From contig MU008232.1 of assembly GCA_010909165.1 (NCBI GenBank), positions 1-27,500 of the forward strand: a DNA stretch of 27,500 nt, written 5' to 3'. Source of the stretch: Anthoceros angustus (Eukaryota > Plantae > Anthocerotophyta). Position 1 is the first letter of the stretch. Each line of letters starts with the position of its first letter. The notes beneath the pieces are model-generated. The model saw nothing but the letters and a program-made list of their open reading frames with translations, did not search any database and was not told the origin of the DNA. The translations under genes and the position numbers were made by a program. Below are positions 1 through 12,180 of this stretch, piece after piece.

Positions 1-549
1 GCACGAGCGCGACGTGAGGGTGCTCGGCCGCCGCCTCGACGACGAGCGCGTTGATCAGGCCCGCGGCACGGTTCATCTCGCCGGTGCGCATGGCCGGAGC
101 AGCCAGACCAAAGGCGTTCCGAGCCGGCCCGCGTGCGCCATGAACGCTGCCACCGTGCCTTGTACTGCTCCTTCCAGCGGTCGGTCCCGAACAAGGCATT
201 CGCGCGGCCGTTCACGAAGAAGCTGCGGCCATCGTCATTGGCGCCAACCATGACAACCAAGGCGTCGACGCGTCCTTTCGCGGCGAGCGCATCGATCTGA
301 TGCGTAAGGTCGGAATCCGCGAAACCAACCGATCGGCGCGAGCCCCGCAGGACGAGGAAGCGCTTGTCCTGAAACAAGCTGCGGTAAAGGCCTTCCCACA
401 GGCCATCGCCCAGGAGTCGCCGACCGTGCCGATGACGTAGGCCCGCACGGCGGGTGCGGCGCCGCGCGCAAAGCCGCGGTCTGGGCGTGAGCCAATCCGC
501 CTGTCAGGCTCACGAACAGCGCAAGGACAACAGAGAGGAAAATACGCAT
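1..549 (-). CDS. Bacterial-type secreted SGNH/GDSL hydrolase (DUF459-like), 3'-truncated by the window edge, 3-4 frameshifts
   Basis: Joining minus-strand frames gives MRIFLSVVLALFVSLTGGLAHAQ (signal peptide, AHA|Q) ... VIGTVGDS(L)GDGLWEGLYRSLFQDKRFLVLRGSRRSVGF ... VDALVVMVGANDDGRSFFVNG ... FGTDRWKEQYKARV ... PLVW..PAMRTGEMN..AGLIN. Block I GDS is at 413-421 and block III GxND at 231-245. High GC, GC-ending codons, no introns. Confidence 0.75.
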
Positions 550-739
550 CGCCAACGTCACGCGCCGCCACACCGGCCAGGGCTGTCTCTCGTACCATAC
601 CGAGAAAAAGAAATCTCGCGGCGCGATCTCACGAGAGGACTGCGATGTGTGTGTTTGCATCTCGCACGCCATGCGCGCGACAATCGCCGCAACCGCCGGC
701 AAGCTGCAGCAACGGGCCTTTGCCTGAAAGATAGGTAGG

Positions 740-3700
740 TCATGTTGTAATGGGTGGCATAGAAAACACCCTGAGCCCAAGGGCAGCCATATGTTTGTAA
801 TGTTTCGTCTTGGGCAAGCCCTTAGTAAAGATGTCTGCCGTGTTATCCTCTGTACTAACATATTGCACTTTGACCATGCCCCTTTCAGCAACATCACGGA
901 CATAGTGATGATAGAGTTCAATATGTTTGGTTCTGGCGTGAAACCTAGGATTGGACACAAGGGCAATAGCGGACATGTTGTCGCAGTGGAGAGTAGTAGG
1001 GTCAACCTGAGGTAAGTGAACTGCATCTAAGAACCGCCTTTTCCCACTCTAATTTTTGCACGCTGTGGCCTGTACCGGCCTCGTTGAAGAGAGTGCCAAC
1101 GACATCGCTTTACAAGACCAATTGATAGCCCCGAGGCAAGAAGAAACACATATGCATGTATCAGAATCAAAGATCGGGACGCCCAACAAGATCTCAAGAA
1201 TGTCAGAGCAAGAACTCCCTCTGTCCACTGGATTCGTATTGCAGACCATAATGCAAGGTGCCCTTAAGATATCTGTAAATTCTCTTAACAGCAGACCAGT
1301 GGGCTTTTCCAGGGTTCTTCAAGAATTGGGAGACAACGCTGACCGAGTAGCTTATATCAGGCCGAGTCCAGTTGGCCAGAAAGATAAGGCATCCCACGGC
1401 CTCAGCATATGGGATAGGCGTCATGGCAAGCTCACTATCAGCATCCTGTGGAGACTGTGCCAAAGTAAGTTTTTCACCCACTGCTGAGGGTGTAGAAACT
1501 GGCCGGGCAGCGTCCATGTTGAATCTTTTAAGAATCTCTTTAAGATACTTGGTTTGATGAAGGACCATCGAATGACTTATCACGAATCAATGCCTGTGCA
1601 ATATTGAAGAGATCCCTGGTCTGTCATCTCGAATTCAGAGCGAAGAAGAGTTTTTACTTGGTCAAGGTGCTGCATACTGTCACTAAGGAGGATGGCATCA
1701 TCCACATAAAGGGCCAGAATCACAAAGGAGTCTCCAGAGATGAGGTAAAACACATTGGTATCTGCAGGAGACTGAACAAAACCATGTTGCTTGAGGAATT
1801 TCATGATCCGTTTAAACCATGCCCGAGGGCTTTGCTTGAGCCCGTAGATAGTTTTCAACAATTTGCACACCTTGTTTGGCCAGCGTTTGTCAACAAACCC
1901 TTCAGGCTGTTCCATAAAGAGAACCTCCTCCAATTCCCCATGGAGGAATGCTGTACAGACATCCATCTAATGGAGCTCAAGGTCGAACTCCGCAGCCATA
2001 GCAAGTAGTATACTATTGCATGGCGGCTTTACTACCGCGTAAATGTATCCCCATAATCGATACTGTATCCGCGAGAAGCCTCTAGCAACCAGACGTGATT
2101 TATAACGTGCAATCGTTCCATCTGCTTTTAACTTAGTCTTGAAGACCCATTTGCGGTGTGATCGATTTTGCGGCCTGTGGCAAGTCCGCCACCCTGTATG
2201 ATTTTTGATCAAAGAGTTATACTCTTCATCGATGGAAACTCGCCAGTGTTTGCCATCAGGTCCATTTAAAGCTTCAGAATAGCTTTGAGGATCTGTTCTG
2301 ACAATAGGAACATGCAGGTCAGCTACATGTACACCTGATCTGCGAAAATGAACCGATTGATAGGGTGGCTCAATCCAGTCCTCACGAGCCCTTCGTTCTC
2401 TTGTAGGGTATCGTGGAAGAGAATTAGCTGCTGGAATAGTTCCCTCTGGATCTACATCTCCCGGCGTGAGGGAGGTGCAAAGATCCTCCATGTAGGTAAC
2501 AGGGTCCATTTCAAGTGCTACAGAACCATTCTCTGAAAGTTCATCCTCTGCAGCATCGACGTGATCAGGTATGTCAGGTAGCACATCATAGGCAGCATCC
2601 TCTATAGGAACGTTGTCAATATCACCATCATAAACAGGTTGGATGGCTCCATGTGTAGGAGCATGTGCTCACCAAAGGCATCCAGTCGTAAATCGCCAGG
2701 CTCCATCCGACATGTGGTAGGTTGTTGGAAGAGAATGTTGATCAAGTTCAAAACCTAGGGAGCTGCTAGCAGAGAGTTCAGGACCGTCTAACTGTTCCAC
2801 ATGTGAAGTTGTCCTTGGGGTAAGTAATTCCTTGAAGGTGGCACTCCTAGACAGAACGATTTTGCGAACTTCAGGGTCATACAACTTGTAGGCCTTCGAC
2901 TCCTCTGAGTAGCCAAGAAAGATCATTGGCTTAGACCTGTTATCTAACTTGCCTCGCTTTGGTTCAGGGATATAGGCAAAAGCAAGTGATCCAAAAACCC
3001 TCAAGTGTAGGAGGCTAGGTTTACGATCCCACAAAGCCTCATATGGCGTTCTACCAGGAAGGGCGGAAGTTACAACTCAAGGCGGGCAGTATCTACTATC
3101 GCCCGCCCAAGAGGACGAAGTGCACTGTGATAGCATGTTGCGCACCATACCCATCAGTGTCTGATTTTTCCTTTCTGCCACACCGTTCTGTTGTTGGGTG
3201 TAGGGAATGGAAAGCTGACGAGTGATGCCATACAATTTTGAATGAAGTCATCAAACTTTCTCCTGAACTCGCCCATTTATGCAAGGGAAACACTTCACCT
3301 GCTTTGTCAGCACCATGAGAATCCATGTTGAGATGGTCTCAAAGACATCACTCTTCAGCGCCAGTGGGTATGTCCAAGTATAACGAGAATAGTCATCTGT
3401 CAGCGTCAGGTAATACTCTGCCCCTCCAAGTGATTTGACCGGCAGTTTACCGGCTATGTCTGCATGAATGAGCTCTAAAACTGCTTTTGCACGAGTTGCA
3501 TTCTTGTTTTTAAAAGGGAGCTCCTTTTTCTTTGATAAAATGCAGGAACTACATGCTACAAGGTGCTTAAAACAAGAAGGAAGACGCTCACGATAGCAGT
3601 TAGAATTAGACATCAAATCAAGCTTGGAACGGTTGACATGACCAAGACGGGCGTGCCACAGGTTGGCCTGTGCATTGAAAGCTGCTAGTAAGGCTCGAAC

Positions 3701-3893
3701 CTTTGACTTTGAGACTGTTACTAGCTGATACAGGTCGTTCACTAGAATGGCTTTTGCAATGTAGCTGCTTGGGTTAGACAGCAAGTAGACATAACAACGC
3801 TTGTCTTCAAACCTAAAGCCATATCTGTTACTCTGGACAATAGCACGTATTGACAATAGATTCTTACTCATGTCAGGTACAAAGAGGACATCA
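740..3893 (-). pseudogene. Copia A pol, 3' part: protease C-terminus, integrase, RT, RNase H (frameshifted)
   Basis: DVLFVPDMSKNLLS; LWHARLGH...C..C; ELIHADIAG, LTDDYSRYTW; SH3-like HLRVFGSLAFAYIPEPKRGKLD; DPQSYSEAL, KARLVARGF, MDVCTAFLHG, LYGLKQSPRAW, LYVDD, TRPDISYSV; RNase H SAIALVSNPRFHARTKHI...NTADIFTKGL. Confidence 0.92.
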
Positions 3894-3908
3894 TCTAGAT
3901 TCTAGATG

Positions 3909-3929
3909 ATATTTATACCGTCGGAATAA
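3909..3929 (+). repeat. Left degenerate (sub)terminal inverted repeat of the insert
   Basis: ATATTTATACCGTCGGAATAA versus the reverse complement of 13475-13494, ATATTCATAACG-CGGAATAA: 18 of 21 positions match with one gap. Confidence 0.45.
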
Positions 3930-4375
3930 ACAGGAAGCGGCTTTTTCAATGAATAAACTGGTAACCGGCGGGAACATGGGAACAAAACGCCTGATCCTGC
4001 CATTTTCCACAAAAAATGGTTCAAAATTACGGTTGCTTTGTGTGCAGGAAGCCGGGATAATGTCATGACATAGGCTGGAAAAGGGATATACAACCTCGAT
4101 GGGCACACACATTTGCCTTGAAATAATGCCCATACATGACATTCTTGGTGGTGAAGAGGGCAGAGAGGCCTCTTGCTATTCATTCAAGACGTAAAGGGTA
4201 TATGATTTTGGAAAACCGTTTTAATGAGGGAGTAATAACTATTGGAGATGACAATGAAAATTCAACATGCGGTGCAAGTCCCTGTTTCCATCTTCCGAAA
4301 TCAAGACATGCAATTCGTTTCCATGCCTCGGTGTGTGTTTTGTACTGTCGAGTCTCACCTTCATGGATGGGTGCT
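3910..4375 (-). pseudogene. Probable last exon of an unidentified gene inside the insert
   Basis: Preceded on the minus strand by a GTAAGT...TTGTTTTTCTTTGATAG intron-like segment (~4437-4376). Reads APIHEGETRQYKTHTEAWKRIACLDFGRWKQGLAPHVEFSLSSP..., then PIEVVYPFSSLCHDIIPASCTQSNRNFEPFF... after a frameshift. No family recognised. Confidence 0.3.
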
Positions 4376-4427
4376 ATCAAAGAAAAACAATCGCAAGGGG
4401 AACAAAAGTCTCGGAAGAGTGAGGAGA

Positions 4428-5150
4428 TTGACTTACCTTAGAGAGAACTTTTGGACGCATGGACTCGAGAAATTCCGCCCCTTCTGACAAACATCGAAAC
4501 ATATGGATATTGAACTGTGCAGGGAGGTATTGTCAATGGGCGCGGCATGCGGCGCCTCCATATCTATATCTTCTCTGAGACGGTGAAACAAGTGACTTAC
4601 CTTGGGCGAGAACTCGTGGGCGGGTCCCGAAATGCCGTCCCCTTCGACAAAGCGTTGTAACATATGCGGAGTGGGCGTATGGGGCGGTGTAAGCATGAGG
4701 CGCCTCCACTGTTACGCCCCTAACAAGTGACTTACCTTGGAAAGAACTAGGGACACATGGACCCGAAATGCCGTCCCATCGACAAGCGTTGAAACATGAG
4801 GAGCGAGCATGCGGGCTAGGGTATTGTCGGTGGAGCGCCCGGCATGCGGTGCCTCCACTATCTATATTTTCTACAAAGCGGTAGAAACAAGTGACTTACC
4901 TTGCAGAACTCGTGACGCATGGCCCCTGCCATCCCTTCGAAAACGTTAAACACATGAGGTGGTGTAGCGGGGGTGGAGGTGGAGGCGGCGCGGCGCCTCC
5001 CTGTTATACCCATAGAAACAAGTGACTAACCTTGGGCTAGGGAACACATGGACCCATGAAATGCCATCACATGTGACAAATGTTCAAACATATTAGGAGT
5101 GAATGCAGCTAGGGTATTGTCAATGATGGCGGATGCGGCCTCCACGGTGG
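4428..5150 (-). repeat. Tandem array of ~5 units alternating ~164 and ~133 bp (higher-order dimer ~297 bp)
   Basis: The anchor ACTTACCTT (usually AAACAAGTGACTTACCTTG) occurs at 4431, 4595, 4730, 4894 and 5025 (spacings 164, 135, 164, 131). Units also share GGCGCCTCCA and CATGGACCCGAAATGCCGTCC. Confidence 0.9.
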
Positions 5151-5499
5151 AAGACAAGCGGTAGACCACGTAAAAGCATGGACCCAGAACGCCTTCATTA
5201 CATAGCGGCGTAAAAGCGCGACCGGTGTTCAGCCAACCTATCTAGTAGCGGCCGAGTATGAAACTCGGAAGCCTACGCTAACTCTATCGTGAAAACAAAA
5301 CCCTAAAATCTCTAGTCTTGGGACCGAATTCCTTCGTCAACCAAAGGACATCCATCATCCACTTCATAGTCCACTATCTCGAATAGCCTTCTCAGCGTAA
5401 AGGTGCTTTCTTGCATTGAGGTTGAACCCATAATAGAGAATAATAGTCTTGCTGAATTTAGTAAATTTCTCTTTCCCACTCTCTTCCCATTTCGCGATC

Positions 5500-8050
5500 G
5501 TCGATTATCGGTCCTCTAACAAAGAACTCCTCAACATATTTCCCTTCAAAAGCATCGGTGCTCGATCTGTACCGTGGACCATAAGAAATGGTTCGCTGCA
5601 AGTCTCGCTTTCCACCTTCCCAATCCGAAAGCCCTTATGTGTATCTCCGAGCATGGAGTTGCAATGAACATGCCCTTCCTTATCTCTTTGACATCTCCAT
5701 TCATCCTTTCTATTTCTTGATGTTGTCGACTTGCATTCGTGAGCTCCCAAATACATATCCCGTTGAGGAACTTCTCTTAGTAATGCTTCATCAAGCACAA
5801 CCTCCTCCGGCACTTGAAGTGGCGGCATGGCCCTCCACCTCTTCTCTGTACCACCTCCACGGTTGTTTAAGCACTAGAGCAATATTGTTCTCCACAATAG
5901 TGGCAATTCCTTCTGTCGACCCAAACAACCTCCACCACACCCTCTCCGATGGCGTGATATACGTCGCAAGTTCGAAGCCATGTCATGCGCCGCCACACCG
6001 CACGGAAAGACCTCCATCTTGACCCTTTTTGTCTCTCGCCTTGCGGCATGAGGGAGTGGGGCGTCGGTGGTTGATGGAACAAATTTCAAAATTCCAACCA
6101 TCTTGATTCCCATTGAGGGATGTTGAGTCTTACTTGAATGGCGTAACTTGACCTCGGTCCGCCGTTCCTCTCTCGTGATTTTAAATTGATGTTGGAAGGA
6201 AAGATTATTCAAGTTCCGGCCTTGTATGCATATCCTCTCGTCCCTTCTTAATGGGCCATACATAAGACCGAAAATCGCCACCTCTGTTAACTTTAACCCG
6301 CGTTGGGGTGAAAGCTGTCAAAATCTCCAGTGTATCAATAGTAAACGCTTCTTTGTGCCTAAGAAGCTTGAGCAAGAAAACATTTGATCAACCTGATCAT
6401 GGGTATGACCAACCAATAGGAACCCAACCTTTATTTTAACGAACACCTGAAGGTCGATGAGCATATTTAGGTACGCGAATAGTAGCTGGTTCTTGTTCTC
6501 GCGGCAAGTATTATCCAGCTGGAGGTAAAGAACTTTAGGAAGCACCCCTTCGTAAGAAAATATGACATCCTGAATTATATGGATAGTGAGATTGGCGTCG
6601 TTGTGCAGATTAGCGTAGTGTAAATATGCCCTCGCCTTGAAAGTGTAATTATGTATCATACATCCCACCACATGAACATTAATAAGTGATGCCTCTGCCA
6701 ACTCTTTGGGATATCGGAGGAAATGAGGGAGCTCTGCTCTTCTTGGTCCATGCCATCGATAGCTGCATATACTTGTGGGCTGACTATAACTTTTGGACCG
6801 ATGTTTTTGCTTTGTCTCTCTCATTGCTTAGTCGCACCCTGTGTGATGCCAAAGCTCCTTCGTAAACCTCTGCAAAAATGGAGACGGGACGAGTATTATA
6901 TCAGACAGTATTGTTGCACAACCAGTCTACCTGTAACATGAACATGGGTGCAGTTAATCTACGCTGAGGCGCCGGCATGCTTCCCCCGGACCGACATGCG
7001 GAAAAGCTTTGGGGCACCTCCGCCCTCCCAGGCGCTCGAGGGGCCACCGGCCTGCTGCGCCCATGTGCATGTCTTGAAGGGTCTGGGCCCCGGACAATGG
7101 AAGCACTCTTGCCTACAGCAACCTATGTGAGTCTTGCACATTGGTATCTACATTGCCACACCTCTGCGACAAGCGCCAAACTGCGGTGGCCCACCTTTTA
7201 AGAATACATATGCATATACACTCACGACATATGTAAACGGTCATGCATCCTTCCGCAAAATGGTTCTTAGAAACTATGCACATCCCCAGGATATGAAGAA
7301 CAAACCTTGTGCCTCTGCGGAAGTGTTCCGGATGGTGCGCTTGATCCTTCACATAAAGAGCAAGTGGAAAACCTATTAGACTTTGGAATCCTAACCTTGG
7401 AAGTTGGTCCTCCGGTCGAGAAAATAGGGATCGACCCAGGCGCATACTAGACCGTGTCATATCCCGATCGGGCCCGGATCTCCAACTTTGAGAACGTGCG
7501 GTGGAACACATCAACGTTTGGCAGCCTTTCCGCCATCACTTGAAAAGCTATCCATCGAACCCGCTCCCGTGTGTAGATGGTTGTCGCGGATTCACTCTTG
7601 ACCCATCCACGGTGCATTGCATAACACCACGCTCTTCAACTCCTCGCCTCTCGAGATGCGATACTCTTGAAAAGCTTGCAAACAACACCGAATGCGTCGC
7701 CCCCATTATATGCGTGATGACCTTGTCCTTTCGGTGGCCTGTAAGTCCACGACCGGAAGAAATGTCTCTTGCTCGCCCTCCCATTCGCAAAAATAACGTT
7801 GCTCATGGAAATTGGCCTTAGACATTGGAGACGCATTGCTTGTTGCGGCATGGCTTAGAAGTCCGTGACGTCGGAGTCTTCTTCGACAAAGGAACTCCAC
7901 TTGCCCGCCTTCGAACCACGGATTGCATGTCCGTGGCGCCACAAATGTTTCTGGTTTGGGGTGGAATGACCGTGCGTCGGGCGGTCGCCTTCCCTGTCTC
8001 ACTAAAGGTGCATCGCCGAGGGTTCGAGAACACCCTCCTTTCCTCAATTG
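5500..8050 (-). pseudogene. DUF7869-like / Sola-like DDD transposase (frameshifted; ends approximate)
   Basis: Motifs in order on the minus strand: Cys-rich C.NKQC...FHEQR.F (~7850), F...AERLPNVDVFH (~7530), VRIPKSNRFSTCSLC (7351-7389), IDGMDQ (6743-6760), VLYLQLDNTCRENKNQLLFAYL (6489-6524), FLLVGHTHDQVDQMFS (6387-6410), C-terminal HQFKITR (~6180). Confidence 0.8.
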
Positions 8051-10904
8051 GAAACAAACCCCGACGGCCTTGGCGTGGGAACTATTCGGTTCTTCATGGC
8101 GCGGCCACTAGGACTCCGCTCCACGGTGAATACAAATTGATGTTCCTTGGTGTCGAGGAACACCCGAGGAATCCTTGGTGAGGTCTGGACCCGCCTCCAA
8201 CCTTCATGCAACGCGCCCGGCATTTGGTGACACATCGGGGAACTAGCCTCTTACAGTGTTGTTGGCATGCGTGAGGGCAGAACTACACGCGAAATTAACA
8301 CACGACCATCTACTACCCACAAGCCATTTGGAGATGCGGTGTGTTGTGCATCGCAGGACGGAGGATCGGACGCATTCAATCTTGCATTGCGTTTCCTTTT
8401 TCTTGTCGACTCTCGGTTGAAGCTGCGATGACAAGTCCTCCCTTCAACATGAAACGCCGAAGTTTAGCTGGGAGAAGAACATCAAGGGAACATTATTGCA
8501 TGGAGTGCATTGGATACAACAAAGATCGCTCACTTCAGCCCATGCGGTGAGTCTCTGTAACATTCCCGCGACGATGCCACTTCACGACACAAAGCAGTGT
8601 GTTCTCCTGCAGGAAAAGGGAAATATAACGTCAAGCCACCAACTTCAACGCACACGAAAGGCGCTGGCCGCTCAATGCACAAGTTCTAGACCTATAACGG
8701 CAAACAATCATTACGCCATCGTAATGGCGCCTCCGCCAAAACGACACCACCATTAAGAGGTGTAGTTAGGACATTATCCTAAAATGGAATTTATGTATTA
8801 TATGCGTTCGCGAATCCATGGAGGTTACGGTGAGAATCGGGCAAATGAAGGGAACCCTAACTTCTTGTCCGGGCGTATAAGGTCTTTTAAAACCATTTCC
8901 CCACGTCCACACGAAGCGGGCTTTACGTCCCTTCAACTTTGTGGTGTGCGGACTCCTGCGGGCGAGAAGAGGGAGTGATTCAACGCTTGCGGTGGATGCG
9001 CGTGGGCCTTTGAGGATCATCCCCACGCAAGGAGGTGTTCTTCTCCCCAATTGTTGCTTTCCACCTCAAAGTGAGAACTCTAATCGATGCAATTTGGTTG
9101 ATGCGTCCGCGTTCCTTGTGGCGAAATCATGGCATCGGGAGGGCTCTCGAGCAAGAAGGACCTAGCGGCGCCTACGCTTGAACCACCTTAGATTGTGCGG
9201 CGAAGAAACCGAAGAAGGCGACTCGGGGAGGAAGTCGCGGATATGGCGGCAATGTCCGACAAGGATGGTGGCGCCAGGCGCAGCAACCGAGCATCGGGCG
9301 TGCAAGGATGTGGGTGGGGCGGAAGAAATCGAGCTCGGAATTCAGCAAAAGCCGGCCACGGAGGCGGGCAGCCACGAAAGACAAGGAGGCTTGAAGGGAA
9401 GAAGAAAGCAACCCGATCCTGTGCCTTCGCCATACAACTTGGAAGAAACTATGCTCATCGGGCGCGACTAACTCAATCGATGCATTAATTGTCTAGGGAA
9501 GGAGTGGTTTTGCAAGAGCGGCGTTGGATGATCTTGACCATATGGACAACAGGCATGGGTTCTGAGGTTTGGACCAGCTAAGCCAAAATCAGAGCAAGAG
9601 TTGGCTGGGTTGTATGGGCAAGTCTGGATTTAGCAGGAACGGGTCGAGATCCTCCTTACAACAAAGCCACACCTGGATGAAATTCGCCCTGCGGAGGAGT
9701 TCAAGGTTATCACCGTGGGCCTTGGGATGTTCAAGCTTAAGAAGTGTTCCCCGGATGTCTGCCTTCCGAGAGGCTAAGCAGAATCAACACGTATGGACGG
9801 GTTGGCTAACATTGCATTGTTGTGCTTGAACGTGCTTTTCATTTCTTGCATGTAGGCATGAGTTGGCTTATGGGTTTTGTGTGTCAGCAGTGGGAGGGCT
9901 TTCTATAAGCAAGCGTGTGCTTTTGTCACATCTATCGTGGACCACCGAGAGAAATGAGCATCGGCGAACCGGGGCAGCCCTCCCCAAAATCACGACGGAG
10001 GACCTCTCGGGCAGCTCGGAGGAAGAGGAGCTGGGCCCGAAGATGAGCATGATGGACCATTGCCCGACATCCTTGGACAATCCGAAGATGATGGAAGAAG
10101 CGGGATGACTTGGAAACCGAGGTTAGAGATGCATTAATAATGGATTATGACATGCCTCGACTCTATGCTTGTGCCCAGTCCCTTATAACCCGCCCACGGT
10201 GGCGGCATCTGCCGCGCCGACTCCATTCCAGGTGAGTCCGCCAACCTCGGCATGTATGGATGTGGCGGAGCAAGGAAGAGGAGGCGGCCGGCCTACGTGC
10301 GGTGTGGAGTCCTCCCAACCCCCATGCAGGCATGTTTATGGATGTGGCGGGGAGCAAGGAAGGGGCGGCGCATGCGGCACTCCTCCTCCCACAGCGCCAC
10401 CCTTCTACTATACCAGTGCTATGAGCTATCGACCCGGCCGTTGGATTGTCGGGAGGGCTGGAGGAAAGGCAAAGCAGCGCACGAGGAGCAGCCGAACACG
10501 ACACCCAAGTCCGGATCATTTGGTAATTTGTTGGCGAACCGAGCTAGTCATTTTGATACAAGGCCGGGATCCGGAAAGAGGAAGCAGTGATGCAAGAGGA
10601 TGCGAGCGAGAGTTTGGAGCCGAACATGGTAAAATACGGAAGAAAGCAAAGACTACGGGAACTATGTCACCAGTGGAGACATTCCCACAGTGCACCTTTC
10701 AGATGAAGAGAGGTTGGAATCTTCCTTCCACGAGGAGGACTACCTCACCCGAATTCGAGATGCAGACATGTCAGAAGGTGGTGGTGAGGCTCTTGGTAAG
10801 CTGGAGAATCTGCGGCTGCCTCTTATCTAACCCGGATGCAGATTCGGCGTGTGGATGAAGCGTGGACTAATTATCTCGGCTGATTGGAAGGGCCGAGTTG
10901 AGGA

Positions 10905-11200
10905 GGGCGTATTGCCCCTTTGTGCATGATTGATCCCAAGGAGTGTGATGATCTAGAGGACTGGGTGGAAAAAGTTCGAGGCAAAGAAATACATCATGGG
11001 TGTGTTAGGCGGGAACCACACATTTGCGGCAATGCAACATTTGGCGGACATATCACCGATGAAGAGCGTTTCAAATGGATAGAGGCACATGTATTGTGGG
11101 CGACCACAGAAATGAGGGTTTTGGCGATCGTCACAATGTCGACAAGCGGCGGAAGATGTCGTTCATAGAGCAAGTAAGATATCTCGAGATGATGAGTTAT
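10905..11200 (+). CDS. ParB/Sulfiredoxin-like domain (across frameshifts)
   Basis: PL(L)CMIDPKECDDLEDW...KFEAKKYIMGVLGGNHTFAAMQHLA (VLGGNHTFAAM at 11002-11034), then LA.(R)HNVDKRRKMSFIEQVRYL (11121-11180). This matches the GxNH..A motif and downstream HN...MSF.E pattern of ParB-like domains. Confidence 0.65.
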
Positions 11201-12180
11201 AGCCAAGCGGGATGGCGTGCATATGTCCATGAATTGGAAGTTCAACTATAAGGTATTGGGTCTTATCGAAGATGATGAAGGACGGGAAGATGATGCCTAC
11301 AAAGCGACAAGGTTGACAACGGGCGCACATCTTGTGCATAGCGAAGTTGGAAGGAAGGGTATGGGAGAATGTGGACAAAATTTTTGCAAAGTGGGAGGCT
11401 TGTGACTTGCCGGAAGAAACATGTGGCGGCGAGAGCAAAAGAGCAAAGGCAAAGCGGAAAGCGGCGGAAGAAACGAAACAAGTTGAGGGTATATTGGTGA
11501 AGCCCAAGGAGATGCGAGACAAAGCCATGGCGTTGCTTTCAAGGTATTCTGCGGGGAGGCGGGCAACAAATGCTTATTAGTGCCACGAGAAAGTTCTCCG
11601 GCCTTATGGATTTGAAGGAATGTCGATGAAATTATTATAATTGCATATCATCCAAGTGGCCATGGCGAAGCACTTAGGATGTTCATCTTTTGAGATGGTG
11701 AGGCAAGAGTACCCACAACATTCCACCGACAGTAGTCGCAGTTCAGGCCTTTCGAGGGAAAGGTATGTTATCATACTCTCTTGTTTCTTAGAACTTTATG
11801 CAGGCGGGAGGAGGAGGCGGCAGGCATGCCGCCCTCCTCCTCACTCCCTCAGCTGTTGTCGCTTGGGGCGCCGCATCGCCGCCGGAGTGGCGCGGCATGC
11901 ACCCGCAGGGTTGCACGAGGAGGGCCCGCATGCGCCTGCCACCGGGTCTAGATGCAGGCCCTAAGTGCGGGGAGGCCGGCATGCGCCCTCCCTCCGACAT
12001 CTAATATTGACAAGCATCCTGTTTTGTGCAGCAACAAAGACATTGAAGTCCTTACCAAGTGCCCGAAACTTTCAACGGTTCATTTATGAGGTCAACACTT
12101 GGAAGGGCTTGGAGGATGAGACGAGCTCAGATAGAGACATAGAAGAGGGATTGTTGCACACATCCCGATCGGAGAAAAAA

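Noticed and set aside
700-745. 3' LTR or PPT of copia A
   Set aside because: There is no purine tract or TGTTGGG LTR start after the RNase H stop. The short ACCTACCT match to the 5' LTR is not significant.
235-1026. 263-aa minus-strand ORF
   Set aside because: It spans the copia/bacterial junction. Only the short MRIFLSVV... signal-peptide segment is in the true frame.
4428-5150. CRISPR array
   Set aside because: The sequences between the conserved anchors are homologous to each other rather than unique spacers, there are no cas genes, and the context is eukaryotic.
8200-9170. Additional gene between the transposase and the cargo gene
   Set aside because: Only short ORFs without recognisable motifs. 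It may be a divergent promoter region or the transposase 5' end, so it is left uncalled.
9648-9662. DPPYN motif suggesting a second amino-methyltransferase
   Set aside because: It sits in a frame that stops 5 codons later, while an adjacent frame is nearly open throughout. No matching SAM-binding motif is nearby, so it is probably chance.
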